From assembly GCA_905178155.1 (NCBI GenBank), contig CAJINV010000018.1, forward strand, positions 1,158,609 to 1,222,608: 64,000 bases of DNA, read 5' to 3'. Below the pieces are notes generated by a model. The model saw nothing but the letters and a program-made list of their open reading frames with translations. It was not told the origin of the DNA and did not search any database. The position numbers and the translations under genes were made by a program. This DNA is from Amoebophrya sp. A120 (taxonomy: Eukaryota > Protista > Dinoflagellata). Below, one piece after another: positions 37,415-49,400 of the stretch. Each line of letters starts with the position of its first letter. Position 1 is the stretch's first letter.

Positions 37415-39022
37415 AAAATGTTCAGTTTTATGCAGCTCATCTACAAATATTTCTTTATCCGAACGACTTTTGTCGACGTCACCGGCATTTTTATTTTCTG
37501 CCTCGAGATCATGACCCCAGAAGTCCTCTCTTCCTAGCTGTCTCAAGCACAAGACAAAGCCGACATTTGGACTCGCGACCGGCCGCTTTTCCTTGATCAG
37601 CTTCAGTGCGGAGTCAAGAGTAAACTGCTGTCTCAGCATCAGAAACGCCGCGGTGACCACGACGGATCTGGACCTTCCCTGTCGACAACAAACCAAACAC
37701 GTGTTGCACGGAGAAATACCCTCCGCGATGAAGTCGAGAACGGACACGGTAGTGGAGCTGGTGCCTGGAGGATCTCTGCCACGACCTGCAGGGTCTTCTT
37801 GAACTACAAGCGCCTCGTCGTCTGCAGCTGCCGTAGTACTTGTCTGTGAAACCACCCTGCCTTTTCCAATATAACCCGCTCAGGTGTTACAATCTCAAAC
37901 GTTACAATAGAATCTGGAATTTGTGTTGCAAGAAGTGCATTATCTAGCCAACTCTCATAGGATTGCGCATGACAAGTTCTGGAGTCCCAATCCGCACTAC
38001 AATCTGGCGAAATTTGTATTGCAGAAAGTGGAATGTTGTCCGAGTCTGTCATGTTGATCATGCAAGACAAACCTCAGAGTCTCTTGTAACGTTTGAGATT
38101 GTAACGTTTGAGCAAGTCATATCCAAACAGCGCGTTTTTCAAAGCCGAAAACTCGCCGGCGTATCCTGAGTAAAAACGTCCCCACACCACAATCAAGATG
38201 GGAAACCTGCTAGACAAATCAACCAGCTTTGGTTAATTCGCATGACAAGTTCTTTGCCGTCGTAGTGTAGTCCTGGTTTAGGTAGGGCAGCAGCATCACA
38301 GATCTAGCATATAATGCTGATTGTAGGCATCACAATTTCCAGAGCAAGACTAGAAAACGCTTCTCGTGGGGCTCCGCATGAGAAACTTTTCTGGCATGCA
38401 GATTTGCATGACAGCTCTGGGGTGGGGACGTTTTTACTCAGGATACGGCGTCGCGCATGTTCAAATCGAGGAACTTGGTGGTCGAGGTAGTTGGAAAAGT
38501 AGCGGTAGAAGAACTGCTGCAGCTACCGGAATTCTGCACAACTTCCAGCTGCTGCCCAGGAGTGCTGTCGTTCCTACTGGTGAAGACGTCGATGATCCCC
38601 TCCACGTCTACTTCGGAACAAGCTGCAGGAGGTTCTTTCTTCTTTCCTATCACGATGTCGCCCGCACACCTGACCACGTGGGTAAAAAACGGCGGCGGAA
38701 CGGCTAGACGAAAACCAACAACGTCGTCATTAGCAGTTGTAGCTTTTGCCTGCGTAGTACTACGGCCGCCGACCAGCGCGCCCACACTGCCAAGCCACAG
38801 GTTCGGGATGATTTCCGAAGGCTGGGAATCAATCTCTTGGAGCCGATGCTGCAGCAGACCCTTGATGATGTTGGCCCTGTCCTTTTTCTTCTGCATTTTT
38901 CCCGCCGGGGTGGACGCTGAAGGTTCATCTTTTGTTAAATTGACAATGTGCTTCTCGTCTTGCTTCTCGTCTTCAGCAGCAAAAGCACGGGAAGAAGAGG
39001 ACGGATACGACGAGGAGGACAT
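37301..39022 (-). CDS. Dual-specificity protein phosphatase (atypical DUSP); 3' end interrupted by a MITE (ancestral stop probably at 36795)
   Basis: PSEIIPNLWLGS, THVV, CLVCCRQGRSRS (CX5R), AAFLM, KEKRPVASPNVGF. Two introners remove in frame. Confidence 0.85.
37870..38121. mobile_element. Introner family G
   Basis: TIRs; repeat TCCAA. Confidence 0.9.
38162..38445. mobile_element. Introner family B
   Basis: TIRs; repeat CGGCG. Confidence 0.9.
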
Positions 39023-41437
39023 CTTGTTTTTCTCCGAAAAAAACTTGCTTTCCGTAATGGGGAAATTATCCTTGTACTTGAGGATGAAGGGGTCGAAGCA
39101 ACTCTCTGTTCCAAATAAGTCTTTACCATGTCAAAATGTGGCGGCTCGACTACTCTAAGTAAGAGGCTGCTGATAAACTCCCAACCCAAAGTAAGCCGTG
39201 AGTGTAGAAATGTAAAAATACAAGTAGAAGTAGAACGAACAGAGCGGAGAGCGGACAAAATTTTGCAGGTGCGTGCTTCTTGCTGCTCTGTGAATCCTCG
39301 AGGAGGTCGAAACACAATTTTCAGAACTCTCTTCTGCAACAGCTGTTTGCAAATCATGCGGTTTCTGTCTGTGGCGACAGAATGATTCTGTCGCCAGTGT
39401 CGTCTCTATTCGAAGTAGAGAATATTACCGGTTGTAGTTTCAAACTGCTCAAACTGCTATACTATGTTGCTCCTTCTTCAGATCATCGCACAATTGTTCA
39501 CAGCTAGAAGCCGTTGTAACGTCCCTGCTTACTGATTTGCGTCCTCGCTATACAGAAAATTTGAGACATAATTCTTTGTGATGTCTCCCCGCAATGACAG
39601 TCCTCGAACTGGTTTCGATTTCCTTCACTTTGGCGCCTCCGGTGACAGGGGCAACACCCGCACCCACTCCGCCGGCTCGTCGTACCGGCTTCCGAAGAAA
39701 AGCCGCTGACTATGCAGACATAAAATTTTGAGTAGAAATGCAACTTGTTGCCTTCGTCGATGCACTGGAAGTAGATTCGTACCGTTTTATAGACACTGCA
39801 ATGCTAACATGCTACTTACGCATTCGATACTTCTACGATTAGACCACATGCAGGACTAGACAATGACAGCACTCACTTGTCTAAGGCTCCTTCCCAAAAT
39901 TTTCAACTGATATTGCCCGGTGAACTGGCTCCCGTCAAACCGCACGTCTGGGTTCATACTGGAGGCATATTGCGCGTAGAAGATAAACCAGTAGTAGTAA
40001 CCCCAGAACATCCCCCATCAGATATCAAGGTGAAATAGAATGCCCCGGCCCAGTTGGGGTTGAGGAATGCTGCGAAATATGAGATCTTCTGTTTGCATGG
40101 TCCAACTTTTTTATAAGTACTTTCATGCCTCTGTCTGCAACACAAATTTCGCTTCGGTCTTCTGCATGATGCAGGAGTAGGTTTTTGTTGCTGCAAAGCT
40201 CCTGCTTCACATGGCAACTATGCATTGCTTTCTGCGCTACTTAGAAGGACTTGGACTCCTTTCTACTTCACTCTGGTAACCAATGTACCAACCGCCCTGA
40301 GTCACACCCACGTTCGGCGTCTGGTGGGCGCCACCTGGACAGGATTTTGTTTGTTCACATCCTGATTTCAACATTTGTTTATGCAACGCAGAGATTTAAA
40401 GGAAAAAATCGTTCTTTGTCATCATGCCATCCCATGGGAAATAAACAGAAATTTAAGGTTAACTCGTCCTTCTTCAAGTTGTTGATATACCGTACATAAT
40501 GTTGAGCGGGTACATCCGGCGCTGCTTAGGTTCCACCGCCAACACGGGGCATTTGCCCACCGCCCCACGCAGGGCGCGGGCGAGGCGGAGCATGCTTTTT
40601 TCTAGGCAATATGAACTACAGAACAAATTAAACAACTGCACATCACATGCGAAGCGGAAGCTCCCACGTACGATTGAGAAGGCACAAAATAAATCACTCC
40701 CCCTTGTTCTGGCAGGACATGTGATGAGCATCGTCACTCAACACCAAGCAGTAGCGTCCGGTGGAAATACAGATCGTCACTCGTCTGGAATCAAGGACGC
40801 GTTGGTGCTCAAACAACACTCATCTCACGTCGGTGTGCTCTCGAGCTTCCCTTCGTAATTATGGTCTTCGCGGTAGATCATGCAGCATCTGCACAACCAT
40901 GCGGAGCGTTTCAGTTCCGGCTCTCGCGTTTGCGTTTTTTCGAACAGTAGTGCAAACGTTTGAGGTAAGGCATGTCATCGAGTTTCTGAGGTTTTTACTT
41001 TTTTTGTTTACCCACTGCGTGAATGAGCGCAAAGCGTTGTTTTTTTACAGCTGCAACAGCAGGAATTCATCATGAAGGAATGAGCCTCATTGTCAAAACG
41101 AGGAGTTGAGCAGTGCTTTAATATGTTCAAAACTTAGTAGTAGAGTGAAACGAAAAATGCCGTATGAATGTTTATTTTCCACCTGCGGAAAAGCGTACTT
41201 AAACTTATCATAGTGATAATGGATGGGTCTGATATAAATCTCGTATGGTCAAATACTGAATGATGATGAGCCTCGATTTTGACACAGATGCGAGGAACCA
41301 TAGAAGTAGATACATGCCTGAAAAAAAATATTGTAGTCGGCGCGAATACACGAAGAAACTGTGTAGAAGTTAATCTGATCTGCGAGAGGACCGCAGCCAA
41401 AAATTCGAATGCTTACAACGAACACATCACTGACAGC

Positions 41438-42283
41438 TTAACACCCCGCCTTCCGTAACACCTTGGCGAGATCCGCTTCGTTTCTGTAGAACACCATAAA
41501 CTTGTTCTCTTCGCGCTTCCCACGCCCGTAAATCACCGTGTTGGTCTGCCTTTCCAAACTGCGAATGTTGACCCCGCCGCGGCCGATGAACCCACCGACG
41601 CTGCCACGCACGACGAAGGTGTGCACCTTCGCGTCGCGTGCCACGTTGAGGAACTCTTCCGACTTCTTCCGGGACCGCGCGTCAGCCCCGGACGATCCAC
41701 TCGCTTTCTCCACTTGCTTCTCGCGCAACAGAAACAACGAATCCAGGTCCCCGCCCGCCCGCGCGAGCATGCTCGCGGTCAGCGGGCGCGTGGCCCAGAA
41801 CGCGTGGTTGGTGCGGTACACGGAGTTGTCCCGGTCCGCGTTGGGCGGCAGCTCGTAAAACCGCAGGGTATCATTTAGTCCGACGTTGGGCCTTCCCGTG
41901 CTGACCGTGAACCAGCACGCCGTGTCGTGCACGTTCTCGAGCCGGATTTGCAAGTGGTGAAACAGCGCGTCGCTGTCCATGCGGCAGTCATGGATGATCT
42001 TCTCCACCGAGTCGTCTTCCAGCAACTCCCGCAGCCACGCGACCAAGGGGTCACTTTCCTCCTTGCCCAGCAGGTCCAGGATGAAGCAGCTTGCTCCATC
42101 AAGCGTCGCCAGCTGCACGATGCAGAGCTGCCCCACACGACTCAGGTCCACGCCCTCGCTGTCCACAGCAATCACCGGGGTGTGCCAGTTTTTCGGCTTC
42201 CCGAAAGCTGCCGTCAGCGTCTGCTCCGCGTCGGCAGAGAACTCGCTGATCAGAACCGGAGATGAAGCTGCGGTGGACGGCAT
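41438..42283 (-). CDS. 3'-5' exonuclease (DEDDy, EXD1/Egalitarian-like) with C-terminal KH domain, intronless
   Basis: VIAVDSEG (ExoI), KIIHDCRMDSDAL (ExoII), NVHDT, FWATRPLT..D, then KH motif VGGFIGRGGVNIRSLE. Confidence 0.85.
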   Translation of the reverse strand: MPSTAASSPVLISEFSADAEQTLTAAFGKPKNWHTPVIAVDSEGVDLSRVGQLCIVQLATLDGASCFILDLLGKEESDPLVAWLRELLEDDSVEKIIHDCRMDSDALFHHLQIRLENVHDTACWFTVSTGRPNVGLNDTLRFYELPPNADRDNSVYRTNHAFWATRPLTASMLARAGGDLDSLFLLREKQVEKASGSSGADARSRKKSEEFLNVARDAKVHTFVVRGSVGGFIGRGGVNIRSLERQTNTVIYGRGKREENKFMVFYRNEADLAKVLRKAGC

Positions 42284-43477
42284 TTTCTATGTGTTAAAAC
42301 GTCGGGCGGTGTCGTCGTGTGCGCAGATCCTCAAAAATGCAACTGACACTGACTAAATAAGTAGTACAACTAGCGAGACTCGTCTATCAAATCCTAACTC
42401 CGTCTGTGTAAAAAACTGGAAATATGAATACCTGTCTGTTCGCAACAACATAAAGAACCCTATGCTTTGTACAAGGGGGCACGTAAAAATCTACTTCCGT
42501 CGCGGTTCAACTAATGATGCCCGGCGGTCACGTCGCTGCTGGTGTGGGTTATCGAAAATGCAGCTGCTGTTTGAATCTACATCATTTCTTTCACGACTTT
42601 GATCTACTTTATCGACCCTTCCTCTGATCAATCATAGCGTATCTGATTTTACTGGAAAGAAACCACCTGACGCGGCCTATCATTCGATCGCGTGGTCGAT
42701 CTTCAGTTAGCGAAAAGCGAACCAACATCTATCGCTGCAGCGATTGCCTGGAGTAAGTAGTAGTCGCGGCATAATTAGTTGTGGAGAACAATAATTACCC
42801 TGGCGTCAAAGTCCGCGTCGCCGAACACTATTCCCACGGTCAGCAGCCTGCCTGCGACCGCGACATCTGTTTGGCCTTTGGAGATTTTCTTTTCGCTGTA
42901 GCCGTCACATAACTCAGATTTTCTTTGAAATCGAAATGAGTGAGTGAGGTTTTTCTTCGAAATTTTTTGTCGCCAAGGGGAGAAAGGGAGCCGAGCTCGT
43001 GCCGTCGCAGAAGAATTGGGTTACAATTCTCGTCTGACAAGCTAGAATTATCTCAAAGGAATCATAGGGTACTTACTACACAGGGTTGAGGAAAAAAATT
43101 GAGAAGTCTTACGCTTACATAAGAAGTCCCAGAGGGTACTTAACTAAAACTTACTACGATATAATCAGCCCCCGCCCACGATAGTACTTCCCATCGTGAA
43201 GAGGACTACATCGTGTATTAAACAACAACAAATCTCCCTACCTGTCGGATACCGAAGGCATATCCGCTGGGTCACTGTGCATCAAACGAGTCTATCATTC
43301 CTCGTTTTTGCACAGGACCTCGTGCATATTTGACGTATTCGCTTTTCTTTTGTTTTTGTAGTCCTGCTGTAGTTCTTTTATAAAAGTCGTGAAAAATTCA
43401 GTGCTCGTCACTACGCATTTCAAGAATTTCATGGCGCAGCGGTGCACATCTTCAAACGTGGCACAACAAAGTTTCGC

Positions 43478-46400
43478 TTAAAATTTCTTCCGAAACTCGA
43501 TACCCATGACCTGCTTGCCGACTTCCCCTAGGCCGCACACGCGGCACTTGCGCTTCAGATACATTTTTTTGTAGACCGCGGCGCAGAAGCTACATCGCTC
43601 GTACTGCTCGCCTTCTGGGATGACCGTCAGGGATTCCGCGCAGATTTTTGCGGTCGCCGGATCGACGCGGGTCACGTCGAAAGAGAGTGGGATATCAAAG
43701 TGAAAAAAGCCCCCACCCCATATCAAAACGAAACTTCTGCTGCTGGATTTGCGTACACAAATCAGCTTTGTCTTGCAGTAGAGGACTGCAGGCCCATATC
43801 GTGCCAATATGGAGAAGTTTTGGCCTAGGCGCCTAGCATGGGGCACGCCTATGCTGTAGGACCAACAGCATGACAAACCGCCTGCATAATGGGGCGGCGC
43901 CCATGCCGTTGCTTTCTTGCAAGACAGACACGATTTGTGGCCACAAATCAGCATTACAAATTTTCTGAGACGTTCCTTTTCGATATGCGGAGGGGGGATT
44001 TTTCCTTACGATATGGCAGGGCGTTTGTTCCCCGCTCCTCGGCATTGCGGAGGACCTTTCCAGAGATTGAGCAGAATTATCAAAAGTGGACTACATTTTC
44101 GTTAGTTGTTGCTTTCCGCGTGCGAAAATGTCGCGCACAACTAATTGTTGTAATTTCTTGTTATTTTTCTACGAATAATAAGAAACAAATCTATCAAGTG
44201 GAAAAAAAGGAAAGCTAGTCCTAGTACCCCTCGCGCCTGCTGCACGGTTTTTTCCACGAAGCCCCCGGCCGCGGGATTTATGTTTTTCTGCAGTATTTTG
44301 GTGGCGAAGTGCGCCGAATCGATGAAGTTTTCCGCTTTGAAGGTGGCAGTCATGGCCTGCCTGAGGAAGAGAAACTGGTATGGATTGCAAAAGTGTCTGG
44401 GTCTGGAAACTAAAACTTGTGATGCTGCGTTGGGAATAATGAATGCTCTGTAATGCACAGCCAAGCATGAGAAATATCTGCGCTCTTTTGTGTCGTGTTT
44501 TTCGCATGACAAACTGCGTTTTTGCATGACAGGCATCAAAAGGGTCTCTTCTGGGACACGCATCACAAACTTTTTGGCCATGCCAGACAAGCATGACAAA
44601 TCTCGCAATCTTCGAGACCCAGACATTTTTGCATTTGATAACTGGTGCGGCGGCTCGATGTTTTGTTGCACGACGGTCATCAGGTTTACCAGCTCCACCC
44701 CCCTCTTAACGTCCGTCGTGTCCTTCTTCGCGATCTGCATCATCAACGCCAACACGTAACTGCTCGCGGTCGTAATCAGCTCGGTCAACTCCTTTTCCTC
44801 CTCCGCATTACCCGCCACGGCGAGCGTGATGCAGTGCAGCAATTTCTTAAAGATCGCCAGCGCTTCGTCGAACTTCCCGCTCTGCACCTGCCTGTGCCCC
44901 TCGCGCTTCATTTCCACCAGAGAGGCGTAGCTGTAGAGCAGTCGCTATCAACTGTAAAAATGTCTGGGTCTGGAAGAATTCAACTTGTCATGCTAAATCT
45001 GAATGATGCAAAAATCTGTGTTGCGTGAGTCCCAAAAGCTGTCCACTTTTGACCAAGTTGAGACGGAGTTTCTCATGCAGGAAAGGCATGATAGAGAGCT
45101 CAAAGAATCTGTCATGCTGGGTCTCGCATTCCAGACCTCATGGGTCATGGAAAACCTGCATCACAAGTCGCGCATTCTTCCAGACCCAGACATTTTTACA
45201 TTTGATAGTCGCGGGGAATTGGGGCCGTCCATGAGCAGATGGAGCTGGGAGGGGGTGTTGGGGAGCCCCGGGACGGAGCACTGGGAGCCGAGGAACTGGT
45301 TCTCAAAGTAGGGGAGCAGGGGTTTGGCGTCCACCAGTCCAATTCTTCTGCGAAGGTAGTCGAGGGCGTCGTCGAACTGTCCCGCTATTACCAAATCGAC
45401 GCAAAGCTTTCCTGATGGAGGTGGTTAATTGTGAAAATCAAAGAGTTATTAAAGCTCATACAACTTGAAAGCATGGCAAACATTCGAGATGCACGTTTCA
45501 ACGCAGTTGTGAGTTGTAAAAGTTGATGCATATAGAACATCTAGTTCTAGTCCGCACAATATTATAAGTACTTTGCTTCAGCGCCGCTTGTTGTGGTGAC
45601 TCGCCGGGTATCAAATGCAAAAATGTCTGGGTCTGGAAGAATGGAACTTGTGATGCTGCATTTGGATTCCAAAAAAATCTGTATTGTATGAGTACCAAAG
45701 GGAATGTAATTTTTGCTACCCGGAGAGGGCATTTGTCATGCGGCATAGGCATCAAGAAGCTCTCAAAAAATCTGTGATGCTAGGACATGCATCACAGACA
45801 TCAGGACTCGTGCAAAACGTGCATGACAAGTGTCAGAATCTTCCAGACCCAGACATTTTTACATTTGATACCGGGTGCCAGTGCTGGTTTTTGGGGTTTT
45901 CCAGCGGCGTCTCCTGCTACTGGCTCTATGACAATGTCGTCTGTGGTGGAAAATTTGTTTTGTAGTAGTTCATGACCAATTTAGATAGAATTCATTTTGA
46001 TAGTACTCACAGCAGCTGCTGCATGAACTACTGCTTAGTACACCCGTGAGGAACAATGCAATCAAAAACCAGCGCAAAAAATCCAATTTTTTCTTTACCT
46101 CCAATGTCTTCCCAGCCATCTCCCACGGAATCCAAGTTCGCGTCACCAAACCCGTCGTCATTTACTCCGTCCATGGCGTCCTGGAACGCGTTTGCCGTGG
46201 GGTCCAAATCCTTCACAATGTGCTGCTGTGGCACGTGGTCGGGCACGTTTTCCATCTTCGTGTGCTCGAAGATTTTCTCTTGCGACTGCAGCTGCGGCCA
46301 GTTGACGTCCAGCTGCTCCTTGTGGTTCCATATGCTGTGCAAAACTATCGTACTCGTAGTAATTGCATTTATGCATTTCTTTGTCAAGGCAAACCAGCAC

Positions 46401-49400
46401 TACAAATCTAATTTGTAATGCTGGGCTAATTTGTAATGCAACTTACACTAGTACGATGCTTTTGCATTGCATATTCCGCAACGGGACGGGCGGAATCAGG
46501 AGTTTCGGCGTTTTCACCTTGGTCAGCTATCAAGTGCAAAAATATCTGGGTCTGGAAACTTGTGATGCTGGTTGAGAAAGAGGAGGAAACCTCAGTTGAC
46601 TGCTAAGCATGACAAGTTTTGGAGTTGCTGCAGTCTTGTCTATTCTGCATGACAAAGTGAGCTTCTGCATGAGAGAAAGAAGGTGGGCTTCGGTCACGCG
46701 CATGACAGACTTAAGAGTCATGCTAGCCAAGCATGACAAACCTTGCATCTTTCCAGATCCAGACATATTTGCGATGCATATCAGCAAAAACCGGTCGATC
46801 TTCTCTTTCTCCACGTTAGATTCGAGCGCCTCGGTGAGCTCCGTGAGTCCGTGCGCCTTGGCGGTCAGGTACGCAAGGGGGACCTGATAAATCGATCGAG
46901 GGTGATCATGTTGTCACAGTAATATTTCGAGTTGTACTACACTGCACAGCATCTTTACTTCTGAAAAAAGTCCGGACGACGCTGGAGGTTGCGATCTCTG
47001 CAAAAGAACCAACACAACAGTGGCTGGTGGTGCACACTTTTCAACTTCAACATCTACTCATACAAAGTGCAATTTCCAACATGCTCACCTGTCCCGTTTC
47101 CGCCAACACCTTTACTCGCTCTTCCACGCTTCCCAGCATGAGGGCGTTGTTGAACCTCCGCATGCTGTCCTGTCTCTTTTCCGCGATGGTCAGCATTCGG
47201 CCCAGCTTCAGCAAATTCCCTGTCAGCAAGTAGTGGAAGGAGAGCGCGTCCAAGTTTTTCGTCTTTTGCAGCGACATCTCCAGAATTTCCGCGGAGCCTT
47301 GGCGACTCGCTTCCGTGCCCAACCGCGTCCACACGGTGGCGTCCTGGAGTTCTTGGGCCTGCAAGCAGAAAAATTTGGTGTGGTCGTGTATCTACTTTGA
47401 TGTCTATTGTAAAGTACTAGTTCTGTTTCTCGCCTGAAGATTTTGCAAACATGATGAAATCACTTTGAAATTCAAATTACGGGCCAGAATCGTGATCTTC
47501 TTATGCATGCAGTGGGAGTTAGTAGTTGTTTTAAAAACGGAGCAGGCATATTAAAGCAAAAGCTCCTGTAGTCCGTTTAATATGCTACAAGAAAAATCGA
47601 TCCTCTACCGCCTTCATCGCCTCCGCGATATGGCCGTACTCCAGCGCTATCAAATGCAAATATGTCTGGGCCTGGAAGAATGCCAGCAGGTTTGTCATGC
47701 ATATTTGCATGACCCATGATGCCTGCGTTTCATGGCCTAGCATCACAGATTTTGAGCCGGCTTCCTGATGCCTCTTCCGCATGAGAAATGCCCTCTCCGC
47801 GTTGCACAAACTGGACTCCTCTTGCTTGTCATGCAATACAGATTTTTTAAAAATCCAAAAACAGCATCACAAGTTGCAACCTTCCAGACCCAGACATATT
47901 TGCAATGCATAAGCGCTAGATTGAATCTGGTATGCTGGTCCTCGACGAAATGCAAGGCGACCTCTGGGTAGCCCTTCTTTTTCAAATATGAATTGCAAAT
48001 ATGTCTGGGTCTGGAACGCGACAACTTGTCATGCCAATCCTGAATCATGCAAAAATCTGTGTTGCATAAATGCCAAAGGCTGTCAACTTTTGACCAAGTT
48101 GAGAGGAGGTTTCTCATGCAGGAAAGGCATGGCAGAGATCTAACAGAATGTGTCATGCTAGGTTCTGCATTCCAGACCTCATGGGTCATGTAAAACCTGC
48201 ATGACAAACTTGCATGCCTCCAGACCCAGATATATTTGCAGTGGATATCAAATACCCGATTACCACGTTGCCGCCGAGCCTGCCGTTCTTGATCCACATT
48301 TTCACGTCGTCGAAATTTTTCGACGCCAGAGACAGCTTGAACAGGTACTCCGTGCAATTCAGCCGTTGCTTGTGGACCTGGTAGTGGTAGTAGTCACCAG
48401 TTACGTTCTGGAATTTGTAATGCGGATTTGCTTTCAGAAACAAATTTGTAATGCATGACTGCAGTAGTTACTCACCTCCCCCTTTTCCCGGTCGATGTAA
48501 AACAAGTGCTGTTTGAACACCGCCTGAACATTATCAAAAGGAAAAATGCCCCCTCCCCATAGCGAAACGAAGTTTCTGATGCTGGGTTTCCGTACACAAA
48601 TGCGATCTGTCTTGCAGTAGAGGACTGCAGGCATATGGCAAGCCTGAGCTGCGAGGTTTTGACGTCGGCGCCTAGCATGGCAAGCGTCTTTGCTGTAAGC
48701 CGAGCAGCATCACAAACCGCCTGCATGATGTGGCGGACTCTCTGGGCTTGCCCTCTTACAAGACAGACAGGATTTGTGGTCACAAATCTGCATCACAAAT
48801 TTTCAAACGGATGCGCCTTCACTATGGGGACGGGGTATAGTTTTGCCACGCAATAAATGTAGATCGGGTGCTGCAGGGAATGGATGATCCCCGAGTCCCC
48901 GTTGAGCAGGCAGTATTTGACGTGGGACAGGGTGCTGTAGACGAACACGGAAGTCTTATCCTGAGTAAAAACATCCCCACACCAGAGTCAAGATGGGGAT
49001 TTTGCAACACAAACCTAGAACTTTTGCGGGTCACGCATCACAAGCTGCAGTCCGTAGTGTAGTGCAGGTTCGCAAGGCCAGCTGCGTCAGAAATCCATCT
49101 GCTCATCCTGTTTACAGCATTACAAATTCCAAAACACGACTAAAAATGCCTCTCCTGGCGATGCGCATTACAAATGTTCCTGTCATTGCAAATCTGCATG
49201 ACAACTCTGGTCTGGGGACGTTTTTACTCAGGATAATTCTGCGAGTCCCAGGCGCCGGATTTTATCCGAATGTTTTCGTGCAGAGTGAAAAGCACCTCGA
49301 AGTTTTTGTCGACCAAAACCAAGTTGTGCTTCGAGAACAGGGCGCAGTACTGGAAGTTCGCGGACCAGACCACGTACCGGACCCCGCCGGCGATGGAAAC

